Assembly (NCBI GenBank): GCA_010015805.1
Contig: ML978145.1
Span: 62,001-126,000 of the forward strand
Direction of reading: 5' to 3'
DNA length: 64,000 bases
From: Rhizodiscina lignyota
Taxonomy: Eukaryota
Shown here one piece after another: positions 12,582 to 24,717 of this stretch. Both the position numbers and the translations under genes were made by a program. The stretch's first letter is position 1. Each line of letters starts with the position of its first letter. The notes under the pieces were generated by a model. It had not been told where the DNA came from, did not search any database, and worked only from the letters and a program-made list of their open reading frames with translations.

Positions 12582-13560
12582 ATGGCCGAGCAATCGGTTT
12601 CCCGCACAGCTATTGTAACTGGTGGCGCTAGTGGTATATCGTTGTGTGTTGTAAAGCTTTTACTGAAGGAAGGATATCGTATTTCCATCCTTGATCTGTC
12701 GGAAGGGGATCTGTCGAATGAAATCTCAACCGCTGACAAGAGCCGAGTGCTCTTCCTCTCATGCGATGTATCCAATTGGGCTACCGTCCGAAAAGCGTTC
12801 GAAGATACAAGAGAAGCATTCGGCCAAATCAATGTTGTTGTCAACGGCGCTGGAGTATACGAACCAGTAAGTCGTGGTTCAGTGCTTGTACGGAGCAACC
12901 ACTGACCAAGGGATCCTTTGGCAGAAATGGTCCAGTTTCTGGGAAGCGACAGAAACTGAGACGTACAAGACAGTTGATATCAACCTAAGCGGGTCCATTT
13001 ATATTACTCGGCTAGCTATTCGAGATTTTATCCGGTCTAGACTGGCAGGTGCAACCGTCGTGAATCTATCGTCGGTGGCTGGACAGCGTGCTTCTTTCTA
13101 CTGTCCCTTGTATACCGCGTCCAAATGGGGTATATCGGGATTTACGCGAGCAATGGGTACCCTGGAAGACCAATTAGGAATCAGAGTGGTAGCTATTGCT
13201 CCCGGGATTGTGAAGACTCCGCTCTGGACGAGAAATGCGGAGAAGGTAAGCACGTTCAAAATGAACACGCTATAAATAGAAGTCTAACAAGCCTGTCAGA
13301 TATCAATGTTGTCAGAGATGGATGAATGGGTGACTCCAGAAGAAGTGGCTGAAGCCATCTTGGACGTTATCAAAGGGGCGCATGAATATCGTGGAGGCGA
13401 TGTGATTGAGGTCCTCAAGAACCGACGAAGGTTGGTGCCACTTGCTGAGTTGCCCTCAGGGCCAGGATCCACCGCGTCCAACTCAAGCGCAGTGTGTGCT
13501 TCTATTGTCGAACAGTTGGTGCGTGAAGGAGAAAGTCAGGGCGGTCGCGCTATGCTTTGA
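12582..13560 (+). CDS. Classical short-chain dehydrogenase/reductase (15-hydroxyprostaglandin dehydrogenase-like), 3 exons
   Basis: TGGASGIS, VNGAG, NLSSVAG and catalytic YTASK motifs in ORFs 12582, 12874 and 13306. Confidence 0.88.
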
Positions 13561-13621
13561 TGGCATGGCGTCTCATTTTTAGTGTTTCCTTCGCGTGCAT
13601 AGCGCTCGAATGACAAAACCA

Positions 13622-16378
13622 TCATAGAGGATTAACATTCCAAATCCAATACTGGCCATCTGTGAGAGGATTCCCAGTGTCAAATATTGGGATTTCAGCG
13701 TATGTTTGGGATGAATTGAAGGCTTGGACGCGGTAGTTATCGCCGGAAACAAGACCCTCACTTGGTGCGCGGGAGTGTACAGTGGAACGAAGCGCCGGAG
13801 TCGTACTGTTACCGATCACTGTGTATGGTAAGCCATTGACCAGAGTCCCTTTCTCAAAATTTCGAGATCATACCTTCTTGGATCGAATGGAGTGCTTGGT
13901 CTATTTGACCATCGTGTAACAAGTACTCCCACTGCGCTGGATCAGACATTGCGTCTTCCATATTCAGCCCTAATCGAACTGTTGCGGGGTCTTGTTCCAC
14001 ATTTGTAACACCCCGATTCTCCGATTCGGCGAGATACTGTGCTGGATTTTCAGTGCGACTTGAATCCGGTCTTAGGTGCGAATTTGACTGATCAGCGCTC
14101 GTGGAATGGTTGGTACCGTTGGGATTGGTTGATGTTCCTTGAGGTAAGGCTTCCATCGTCGGCACTCCAAGTTCATTGTCATGATTGCCATTGTGTGCAT
14201 TCTCCAACATCAATGCCATCTCTTGGTTGAATATCAATCGTAATAGTCGCTCCAGAACTTGGACCGTCTGCGCTGATACAGCGAAGTTCTTGGCCAGTAG
14301 ACGCTGCAGTGAAATCGCATACGCGACACCTTGCTTGGCCTCCTCCACGTGAAGAGGCATAGCCTTTGATAGTGCGATCATACACAGAATCATTCCAGCT
14401 GCAAAGTTTTGAATGGCAAGATATGCCCCCGAGTGCGTTTCACGAGCAGCAAGCAGAGCTTTACGATGTTGAATGCCGATTTTGCAGGTCCGTAAGGCGG
14501 AGTGAAAGCATTGCTCGGTACTGGTAGCAAGGTCGCTTTCGCCATCCACAAACTGAGACTTGTTGAAGGATCGAATATTATACCGCAGAAACGGTCGATG
14601 TAGAACGATCTGGATATTGTCATATGCCAACTGCAAAGCCAAAGCTTGTAAGGTAAAGATCTTGCAGATTTTCTGATCGGAATCTGAAAGATTCTGGGTT
14701 GTGCATGTTTTGTGCTCATCCAGTCTCAATTCTGGGGGCAGATTGTCATACCACGATACGAGCTTGTTGTTGATCTCAATCGCTCTTTTAATCGCTGCTG
14801 GAAACGAAGCCCTCCCCGGGACATATACTTCGCTTAGGATTGAAGCCCCGATTTCGTACAGATCGAATTTGCGATTTTGATATGTGAGGACTGTGATAGG
14901 GGTCTGGTCGATACGAGATACGGATCGAAAATATGGATGTTGAATGTTGGTATCGTCCATCTCGCAAAGTTTTGGAGTATCGCAATCAGAATCGCGAATA
15001 GACGAAGGCCGTCCGTAAGCAACGCAAGCAAATCTACAGTATCAAGTCAGATCATGCGAACAATATCGCCAGCACAAATAGCACGGGGATAAATCTCACC
15101 GATCAAAGACGTATAGTGCCCACCATATACGCTTCCGAACTTCCCTCGTGACTGGGTCGATGTTTCCCCATGACGATTCTTTATGCAAGTTGAGACCTTG
15201 TGCACAACGGATGCCCGCTCCAAGGACCGCCAGGGACAGATTTGGCCTGCCACTATACATATAAAACGATCCCAAGAGTATGCATAGCTGCACAGACTCG
15301 ATACCAGCATCGTCCATGACATCGAAGAAATGGATTTTAACATGATCGAGCATGGAAGACCATAGCCTTTCCAGGTCCATGTCTCGTACACAAGTCTCCT
15401 TGGTATCTGTCATGCTTGCATAACGGGCTCCCATGATAAGGACAATAAGAATCATCATGACGGTTTTCAGTTCACCGACGCGGACAGTGCGGCTCCGGAG
15501 TATTTCCTCGTATACCTCGCGGAATGACGGCTCGTGGAAAACCATCATGAACCAATGGACCGAGTCCAGGAATGTATTGAACAAAAAGTCGCACACTTCC
15601 GTGGATGGTAGTTCGAGCCCCTTTAACAGCTGCGATAACGGAAAAGCTTCACCTGTGTGCACTGATGCATTCACTTCACTGGGTGTCAGGCCAGCTCCTG
15701 GAATTGCGTACGTTGCACTGGGTCGGTCATGCTTGTCGGAATCATCATCTCCATCGAGCAGCTATGTTCGCCACTTGCGTTAGTTCTGTATTGCTTACAC
15801 TATTTAGAGATGCTATCACAGTTAACGTACCTGATGCGTCAGTTCCAAGCATGAGGCTTCCCCAAATCGCTGGCACATGGCTACTTCCGACGGCCGTGAC
15901 AACCGTCTCTGATCATGGCGGCTAGAATGGTTGGAAATCGGACTCGTTGAGGTCTCCTGGGCCTGTACTGTTGGTGGTCGAGGTGATGACAAGTCATCAC
16001 CCGGATTCTGAGCTACAGAAGCCGGAGTCTCTGTCCATACAGACCCATTCTGTTTAGTTCGAGATTCTGGACGCGTTGACCTTGAAAGCCGAGACCTGGT
16101 ACTCCTGTTTTGAACCGCTCAACATTGACCCGGGATCATGTGGTGGAAATGGAGTCTTACCCTTCGAGGCCATTGACTGTGCACTTGAAACCGGATCTGA
16201 TGCAAAGCGCACATGGCTTTTCTCGGTCGCACTGATTGAAAAAGCGACATTAGCACATGCTGAAGGCTTTCCAACGTCTTATAGCCTCCATGCCACTTAC
16301 GCGTAACTTCTGCCGTCGACACCTATCACACGCGTGTCGCCGAGAATTGTGGGGCCGCGTAGCACTGATTGAACTCAT
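13622..16378 (-). CDS. Zn(II)2Cys6 transcription factor with fungal-specific TF middle domain (TF1), multi-exon
   Basis: Spliced N-terminus MSSISATRPHNSRRHACDRCRRQKLR|CDREKPCALCIRSGFKC; middle domain AQGLNLH...EVRKRIWWALYVFDR|FACVAYGRP. The junctions I checked are in frame. Confidence 0.9.
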
Positions 16379-17281
16379 AGAGAACCAAGCGTTCGGCATA
16401 AACGCGTTTCGTCCATAACATATGTGCGATATAGGTGAACAGGGCTTCAATAGTGACGTGGAGAAGTAGGAAGCGTGCTAAAGAACGACAAGCTCCCAGA
16501 GACGCTAAAATCGGGCGGGAGGGCGCATCGAAATGGCACGTGATTAATTGTTCGTGGGCTCGCAGCCCGTTCGTAGCGCCTGATCGCTCAATATTCCATC
16601 GTGTTCTACTCTTCTTATCCATTTGGAAAATACTGCTGTACATAGCAAATCACGAAACAGTCGGTTTTTGTGAGACAATGGCCAACCAGGCGCTGGGTGC
16701 TGCCCCACCTAAATCTGGGTGGGCTGGGCCCCAGCTGCGCCGATCTTCGGCACCTCCCTTTGCACTGGATAAAAACCCCGCCATTTGAAGATACTTGCAA
16801 CACCATAAATGATGCCCGCAGGTTCCGGGATTAAAACAGATCACCCTTTCATTACTCGCACATGATTGAACTCTTTGTCTATACTACGCTATTATTAAGA
16901 ATATTCCAAATTACGAACCCTCCCCCCGAGCGGGACTAAAACTGCGGGGAATACAGATACAGACGTTGAACATACTACAGCTTCGTGGACTCGCAGGGTC
17001 GGGTACGTGTTTCCTCGGACGCGAACTACTGCATGTTCGGACAGGGCACAATCCATTCTATCGTGAGCATCACCTGTAGTCAGGGATGCATATCGGAGTG
17101 TTACATAGCGATACAATAAGGGCTTCGGCGCCTGCCGCGTTCGCATTTGCTCGCAAAACCATGGTCGGTGAGTGTTTTTAAGTGCTGGAACTATGCAGAA
17201 TTTGAGAACGATCAGATGAATGATTCTACCTGGTTCGATATCAGTGAATAGAAGCGCGGATTACTTTATACACATTCATCG

Positions 17282-18795
17282 TCAAATCTCCCCCCATGGA
17301 AAGGCCTGTTTGATAGTCTCCCGCTCCCTTCTTGTCCAAGACAGAACTTCGCGATAGTGTGAGGCGACGTCATCAGGTAATCCCAGATCATTCAGGGCGT
17401 TTGAGAGGATCAAGTCGAGTTTGTCGAGAGCTTGCCCAAACAGCCGCGAGCCATGCGGTGAAGAATGCCATTGCTGAGCTTTAGCACGAGGAAGATCTCC
17501 ATCGACGTGAGCTGACTGTTCTGGCTCTACCAAGTTCCTTTTGTTCCAGCCAGGGTTCAGGAATGAGTCTTCAGAAGCAATTATATCGTTGATCCACTTC
17601 ATTTCCCACCAATAGCATTGATTGGAGAAGTTCACATCACCGGTTTCGATGTCCAGCGGTTTCATCAGATGATTCACTTGGAGCTGAAGTATATGCCATT
17701 GAGCAAAAAGGTAGTCCACCTCTGGCGAAGGATATTTGAGTGTGCCGCGAGCCCTTTGTCGGGGAAGCCATTCACTTGGGATGCGGTATTGCCAAGCCCC
17801 CAACCGTTCGAGGAGCGTCAGCAACTCTTCTCGCAGAGTCAATCTCACATCGAAGCATCGGATTTCCTCTTGAACTCTTAGCCTGAGGTCGACCACTGTA
17901 ACACCAAAGGCATCTAGTTCCGTTGCAGGAGTGTACGAGTCGCACGGCTGACGGAGGTCCGGACGAAGGTTCCACAAATCCCAATTTCTTGCTTTTCTTA
18001 TGCCGGAGTTTGCAAGGTTGACGACATTGTGCCGAACAGCATCGAACAATGCAAGTGACGTGCTGCCCTGGAAATTCAAAACTCCTCTTCTTCCTTATCA
18101 GAGCCTCCGCGCCTTCCTGATGAATAGCAAATGTTGTATCCCATGCGCATCTTCGGCTTCGCACATGCTCTCCGTAGGTAACTAAAATGACCGCGGCCAA
18201 GGTTTCATCTTTGACGCTGTGGACGGGATCGGCTACAGCAGCCAGGATGCTCTTGAATACCTTGGACAGTAGAAGGCGCTCTGAAGAGTATGGAGTACCA
18301 CTGTAACAGGTGCCCATGATTAAAACAGCCAACCAGGTTGCAGCAAGTGCAAGGGGAGAGTCGAATGCCGCTCCCCGGTATAGCGGTTGAACGAAATCCA
18401 GGTGGCCATGGCTCGTTCGCCAGTCCGTCGCTTCCCAAGCAGCACCAGACAGCATAAAATGCAATGCTCTGGATTCGAAGGCTAAGGCAATGTCCTTGGG
18501 CAAGGAAGGCGGTTGCACAGTCATTCCGGCAACATGAGATACCGCTGCGCCGCGCTTTTGATTTCGATAGCGGCCTATCAAAGTCGCAGTCTCATCCCTG
18601 AGAACCATGTCAAGCTCATGGCGATATCCAGGGCAGACGTAATTCAGCCGGACACATTGTCTACATGCCGGTCGACCAAGATCACACTGTTGGTTTTGTG
18701 AGTACGAATAGAGGAGGCGGCCAACGTCATGATCTTACTTTGATATGGCGTTCTTTGCACATCTGACAACCCTTTGCCGGACCATGGTTGACCAT
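17282..18795 (-). pseudogene. Zn(II)2Cys6 transcription factor (TF2) with an apparent one-base frameshift near 18090; possible pseudogene or assembly error
   Basis: MVNHGPAKGCQMCKERHIK|CDLGRPACRQCVRLNYVCPGYR continues into ORF 17772-18608. After HQEGAEALIRK, the family-like continuation RGVLNFQGSTSLALFDAVRH lies in another frame (ORF 17282-18079). Confidence 0.7.
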
Positions 18796-19283
18796 TGTCT
18801 CCACTTCTCAACAGAATGGAAGATGTGGTTCGAGTTTGGATGCTGGCGATTGTTCATTGGTCCCGGCGCTTCTGATTCGAGCAACAATTGCGATAGACTT
18901 CTTCATCGCGCAATACACATTCGGACGACGTTGCGGAAGCTGCAGAACGGGTCGGTGTTGGACATCCAGAGCAGCTTAGAAATGCAATTGCGCTTGGTTT
19001 GAGAGCCTCTATAGATGACGAAGTCAGCCGTGAAGAAGTGGAGGACGTCAAGTGAGAGGCGTCGTCGGAAACTCTATCTCAAAAATATCCTGACTTGGTT
19101 TAGACCGTTCCTCATCTGGTCTAGATCGAATTGCAAGCCACATCCTTTGGGGTGGCAGGGGTGGTCGACTTTCCGATTCCATTAACCATCACGAAACAGC
19201 TTTGCATTAAGCAAGCAATATTCAGTGTATAAAGATGGCGCTCAATTCCCATCTCTGCATTTTAATTTTACAACCTACTCAGG

Positions 19284-20084
19284 ATGCCTCTCAAATACAC
19301 AAACAAGCTTCAAGACAAACGAGTACTCATCTTCGGTGCCACTTCCGGCATTGGGTATGCTGTTGCAGAAGCGTCCATTGAACATGGCGCAAAGCTTATC
19401 ATTTCTGGCTCAAAGCAAGAGCGTCTCCTACGTACAATTGAACGTCTTAAAGCGTCATATCCGGACATCAAAGACGATCAGATAGTCCCGTTGCCACTGG
19501 ATTTATCGCCAGTCTCCGAGCTGGAACAGAAGCTTCCAGAGTTCCTGAGCGCTGCTTCAGAAAATGGAACGAAGAAGATTGACCACATTGTGTTTACCGC
19601 TGGCGACATGGTCAATTTGTCTGCTGGAATTGCAGCCGCCAGTTACAGCTACATCAATTCCATCATGGCCATCCGACTCATTGCACCGACCCTCATTGCC
19701 AAAGAGATCGCTGCAGCCGACTACAAATATGTCAACAAATCCGCCCAAACGTCGATTACATTGACTTCAGGGACTGCCCATCTCCGCTCGCGGAATGGAT
19801 GGTCTGTAGTCGCCATGGTCTCCGCAGCGCTTGAGGGTATTTGCCACGGACTGGCAGTCGACCTGGCACCCGTCCGGGTGAACGTGGTCAATCCAGGGGT
19901 CGTCAACACGGAGTTGCTGGGCGGTGCTCCCGCTGAGATCATCGAAAAGTTCAAAGAGACGACGTTGACGAAGAAGCTCGGGCAACCGGAGGACATTGCT
20001 GAAGCATATCTCTACTCGATGAAGGATTCCTCGGCTGATGGATCGACTATTCTTTCGGACAATGGGAAAGTTTTGGCCAGCTAG
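19284..20084 (+). CDS. Short-chain dehydrogenase/reductase (intronless, atypical active-site region)
   Basis: GATSGIG, DHIVFTAG, LAPVRVNVVNPGVVNT, GQPEDIAEAYLY; TATAAAG at about 19228. Confidence 0.88.
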   Translation: MPLKYTNKLQDKRVLIFGATSGIGYAVAEASIEHGAKLIISGSKQERLLRTIERLKASYPDIKDDQIVPLPLDLSPVSELEQKLPEFLSAASENGTKKIDHIVFTAGDMVNLSAGIAAASYSYINSIMAIRLIAPTLIAKEIAAADYKYVNKSAQTSITLTSGTAHLRSRNGWSVVAMVSAALEGICHGLAVDLAPVRVNVVNPGVVNTELLGGAPAEIIEKFKETTLTKKLGQPEDIAEAYLYSMKDSSADGSTILSDNGKVLAS

Positions 20085-20880
20085 GACTCCGGCGAGAGGA
20101 AATTGAATATTTTCAAAGTGTAGTTGAAAGTATGAATGAGACGTGAGCTTGGAAGCTCGCAGAACTACGCTGCAGGAATCTGCTGTGCGGTCCAGTCAAA
20201 TCTGAGACTTCTGTATACATCCCAATATGCAATTCATTCCAGTCAGTCCCTCAGGATAGAGAATTTACTTGCTAGGCTGTATATCTTCTGTAAATGAATC
20301 ACATTGACTCCAGAGTAGAAAAACAAGACAGCTGTTGCTCGGCCAATCAGAGTGGGATCCCTATGGCTACGTATTATCACTGCTTGGAGTACTGTATTGA
20401 TCCAAAGGTCAATGTCATTGATTGACCTTTCAGGATTTATGCATAGTTTTGATATCGATCGACCGATTGGGCGATGTAACTGCTAACGATCGTGGTTGCC
20501 CGGCTGGTAAAGCTCGTCGTTAAGCTCTTCTATAGCTTTGAAACAACGCTTCTATATCTGGCTACACATTTAAAAATCCAAGCCAGTTGAGCTAATGTAT
20601 TATCGATTGTCCATACTTCGTACACCCCCGCTTGTCATCCCAAGCCTTGCAGGGTGGCGTTCCGCCCAACGGCTCCTCACTGCACTGGCGAGGACGCCCA
20701 GTACGCTTTGACCGCGGACCACCATCTAAACTTTTCTCTCTCAAGTCTCACATCTGTCCCATCCATCACTACCACCTCCCACCTCCCGCCATGTCCCCAA
20801 GGCATCACCCGTAGCACCAATCATCTCCACCGAACCCCGGCGCGAATCGCCGTCGACCGATAAGGGTGCTAGCATGCGCG

Positions 20881-22928
20881 ATGCCCCTCCACTCCACTGC
20901 GTCATCAATGGGCGCGCGCCGAGCGTGTAGTCACCTCGTCAAGCGTCTCAATGGTATTAGAACTGTTTCCACGGTTCCCACGAGCCATTGGCCCAATGCT
21001 GGAAGTAAGTAGACATGCTGCTCGTCGGCAACTCCTGTCCCGCAAAGCTCCGATATAGGACAATGCGTGAGAGTCATACGGCCGCGCGCAGTTTTTTGCC
21101 TGCGAGCCTGATCAGTTGCTGAACTTTGCACGCGACTCCGCGTGTAGTGCTTTTTCTGCCCAAAGCTCTCCATCTGCGCTTGCCCTTCACGCAGATTCTT
21201 TCTCTCTCGCTGCGTGCCAGAAAAGCAACTTCAAGCGTTTCAAGTTTTCCTCGGATATAAAAAGCTCTGACTCTTCCAGTCTTCGCCTCGTCATCAACCT
21301 CACAACCCTTCTTCCTTCCTTCATCCTCGATACAACGCCGCAATATGACTGCTACTACCCGGTTACGCTCTCTCCATATCGGCAACATAAATCCACATGT
21401 GAAAAAGGCAAAGTATGCAGTGCGAGGCGAGCTTGCCGTACGGTCAGAGCAGTACAGAGCACAACTGCGGAAAGGCGACAGCGGAAACCTTCCCTTCGAT
21501 ACGATAGTAGCTGCGAATATTGGAAACCCACAGCAGTTGGACCAGCAGCCCATCACCTTCTTCAGACAAGTGGCAAGCATACTAGAGAATCCTGCGTTGC
21601 TGAAAAACGAGGATGCCTTGATCAAGTACATGGGATACAAAAAGGATGTCGTAGAACGCGCAAAGTGGCTCCTGAAGGAGGTCAAGAGTGTGGGGGCATA
21701 CAGTCAAAGTCATGGCGCACCTGGAATCAAGGAGAGCATCGCCAAGTTCATCGAGCGTAAGTTTACTCGCGGCTCTCTTCTTGTTGTCCGACTGACTCAT
21801 AGCAGAGCGCGACGGATATCCCTCGGATCCCGCGAACATTTACCTCTCGAATGGCGCCTCCGGTGGCGTCAATACCCTTCTCCACATCATCTGCCACTCA
21901 CACGAAACTGGCGTTCTCGTTCCGATCCCCCAATATCCCCTCTACACTGCCACCCTCTCCGTTCTCAACGCCCGCTGCGTGCCGTATTTCCTGGAAGAAC
22001 ACAAGGCTTGGGGTACCAATCTTGAAGAGATCAAGTCTGCCCTGGCCACGGCAAGGGAAGAAGGTACAGATGTCCGAGCGATTGTCGTGATCAACCCTGG
22101 CAACCCCACAGGTGCAAGCCTGAGCGAGGAAGACATTCAGGAGGTGCTTAAGTTCGCTGCAGAAGAGAAACTCGTGGTCATGGCAGATGAGGTTTACCAA
22201 ACAAATGTCTTTATGGGCAAGTTTGTATCCTTCAAGAAGGGCCTGCGTGACCTGCAAAAGAGCGATGCGAACAAGGATGGCAAATACGATCACATTGAGC
22301 TTGCTTCGCTGCACTCGATATCCAAGGGCATGGTCGGCGAGTGTGGCCATCGCGGCGGATATTTCGAGCTCATCGGATTCGATCAGGAGGTCCAGGACCA
22401 GATATACAAGTTCATCAGCATCCAGCTGTGTCCACCAGTCATTGGCCAGTGCTTCGTCGAGATGATGGTGAATCCGCCAAAGGAGGGCGATGAAAGCTAT
22501 GAGCTGTACAAGAAAGAGTACGATGGCATTTTCAATGGCTTGAGGGAACGCGCATACGCACTGTGGGAGGCATTCAAGGAAATGGAAGGCGTAGAGTGCC
22601 AAGATCCACAGGTAAGTGTCTTCCTCGCACAGTGTATAATAGAGGAAGCAAGAATACTGACGTACGGAAGGGTGCGATGTATCTATTTCCAACCATCAAA
22701 CTGTCGCAAAAGGCGATCGCTGCAGCAGAGAAGGAAGATCGTCAACCAGATGACTTCTATTCACATCGTCTCCTTGATGCTACAGGTGTTTGCGTCGTCC
22801 CGGGCTCTGGCTTTGGCCAGAAGGAAGGCACGCTTCATTTCCGAACTACCTTTTTGGCACCAGGTACAGACTGGGTTGGCAGGATTACAAAATTCCATAA
22901 GGAATTCATGGACGAGTTCAGAGATTAG
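20881..22928 (+). CDS. ALT1: Alanine aminotransferase; long form from ATG 20881 or 20908 via intron 21005-21279, short form from ATG 21345
   Basis: AKYAVRGEL, ANIGNPQQL, GAYSQSHG, INPGNPTG, ADEVYQ, SLHSISKG..GECG.RGGYFE and VPGSGFGQKEGTLHFRTTFL. The upstream exon splices in frame by manual check. Confidence 0.93.
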
Positions 22929-23134
22929 CGAGCTGAATGTTCCTCCGTAAGACTTGAGATGAATTTCGATTTCCGTTTCTGTTTGCATTTGCATCGTCAC
23001 GGCCTTCAAGCGTTATCTGGTTCGAACTCCTGAATTTTCGGAACTGTCTGGCTCGTTTTCATCTCTATGTACATATTGTCCGCTGCTCCGCTTATCGACA
23101 TGAAAGACAACATTTCAGACTCTTTCACTCTCAT

Positions 23135-24205
23135 TCATCGTCTTCGCTTCCATAATGCCCTCTTCGCAATCTCCGCTGCTCCCTTTGCCGCCACATACAG
23201 CGCATCATCCCCATCCACCTTTGGCAGGTGTTTCTCATCCGGAAACAGATCCCGCATCAACTCTTCCAACACAGCCCGAAATTCAGGATATGACGCACTC
23301 TCGCCGCTCAACAGAACATCACGGAATCCACCGTCATGATTCTCAAACCCCTTCAACCGCAGCAACGTATTCAATTCACTCCAATACACATCCCTCCGCC
23401 GCGTGCTCCTTGCATCAGACCCCAGTTTCCACTCCATAGGCCAACGCTCCGATGACTCGCTCAAATTATACGCATGTGTGATACTCGGATCGCTGACGAG
23501 TAGCCATCTGCTAGTATAATGAATATGCACCATATGCTTGGGCCGCATATTCCGCTCCTCCTCCCTGCACGTCTCCACTTCGATGTAATCAGCGCACAGC
23601 CCCATTCCATTCCCCGCAAACACCGCGCTAGAGGAGTACACCATATCCCTCGTCGAACTCGTCTCCGGCTCATATAGATACTCCATCCCTACCATCGCAA
23701 ACGCATCGAGCATATCATCGCGCCATAGTGTCTCGAGGTACGGCGCACACGCCGTCGCGGCTTTAACCTCCCCGCCCAACGCTTCGTCACTTAACCACTC
23801 CTCAACATCCCTCTTTAATGCGCGCAGCATCCTACTAAGGGAGGCGGAGTGGCCTGGTCGTAACGCAGCTAACTCGTCGTCGTCGCACAAGGGACAGTTG
23901 TGCGCGAAGAAGCGCCGCTGCTTGTCGGCGTATTCGTCCATGGCTTTGATGTATTGGGCGCCTGCGAAGATGGTGGTGATGGGTAGGGTGGTGCCGTTAG
24001 CGAGGAAGAGGGCGGCGGTGGCGTAGGTCATGCTAAGTTCGAAGCCGATTCCGAGTGTGTTGGGAAACCGGGGAACGGAGGGTAGGATATTTTGGGAAGT
24101 GGACTGGAGGGTTTCTTGAGATGGGATTATGGAGGAGTATGTGGGGATGGGTAGTGAGATGGATGCTATGATGACGCTGAAGAGAAATTGTCGTGGAGGC
24201 TTCAT
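23135..24205 (-). CDS. Hypothetical protein with a signal-like N-terminus and degenerate Hsp70/actin-fold-like motifs
   Basis: Long intronless ORF with first ATG at 24205 (MKPPRQFLFSVIIASISLPIPTYS). GIGFELSMTYATA, VLLSGESA and YVAAKGAA resemble sequential Hsp70 NBD motifs. Confidence 0.6.
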   Translation of the reverse strand: MKPPRQFLFSVIIASISLPIPTYSSIIPSQETLQSTSQNILPSVPRFPNTLGIGFELSMTYATAALFLANGTTLPITTIFAGAQYIKAMDEYADKQRRFFAHNCPLCDDDELAALRPGHSASLSRMLRALKRDVEEWLSDEALGGEVKAATACAPYLETLWRDDMLDAFAMVGMEYLYEPETSSTRDMVYSSSAVFAGNGMGLCADYIEVETCREEERNMRPKHMVHIHYTSRWLLVSDPSITHAYNLSESSERWPMEWKLGSDARSTRRRDVYWSELNTLLRLKGFENHDGGFRDVLLSGESASYPEFRAVLEELMRDLFPDEKHLPKVDGDDALYVAAKGAAEIAKRALWKRRR

Positions 24206-24237
24206 TTTAGGATGAATGGTTATCGGAGCAAAGAGGG

Positions 24238-24282
24238 CAGAGAGAGAACGGTGAATCAGAGAGAGAACGGTGAACAGAGAGA
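24238..24282. repeat. About 19-bp tandem repeat (roughly 2.4 copies) just upstream of the 24205 ATG
   Basis: cagagagagaacggtgaat / cagagagagaacggtgaa / cagagaga. Confidence 0.8.
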
Positions 24283-24717
24283 CACTGAAATTCACAGCAC
24301 TGATAATCGACTATTAATAGATCTTAGAAAAACATTATCACCTTGCTGTCGTTTTCGTCGTCATCATTTGAACGTCCAAGAGCTCCGATAATGTCACTGG
24401 TCAATTGTGACTCGCTGACAGATGGAATTCTAGACGCTCCGCAACACATTTATGCCTCTCGTCGTAATACGATGCCTGTCCCCAGAAGAAGAGTGATTAG
24501 TATACATGTCTTCGCGAGCGATATGTTTGATGTGTCAAGATCAATGTCTGTGCGTGATTACAAGAGAAAAACGAGGCGAGAGCTTAAGTGGCTTCAGAGA
24601 AGTCATGCAGGTGCCGTGGTAGGCCAGACAATTGCATAGAATAATCTTCAACCAGGAGAATGTAAATTGTTGGTACTTGCAGCTGGGTATAAACTAAGTT
24701 CGACAGGAGTTATTGAT

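Noticed and set aside
21800..21805. NAGNAG (TAGCAG) tandem acceptor in the alanine aminotransferase gene
   Set aside because: The proximal TAG is very close to the branch point and the distal CAG gives the family-like IEQRDGY. No evidence for alternative use.
21074..22692. Long antisense or alternative-frame ORFs over real genes (e.g. 21074-21685, 21898-22692; likewise 3906-4424, 30725-31417, 55057-55638)
   Set aside because: Shadow ORFs expected from codon bias, with no recognisable motifs.
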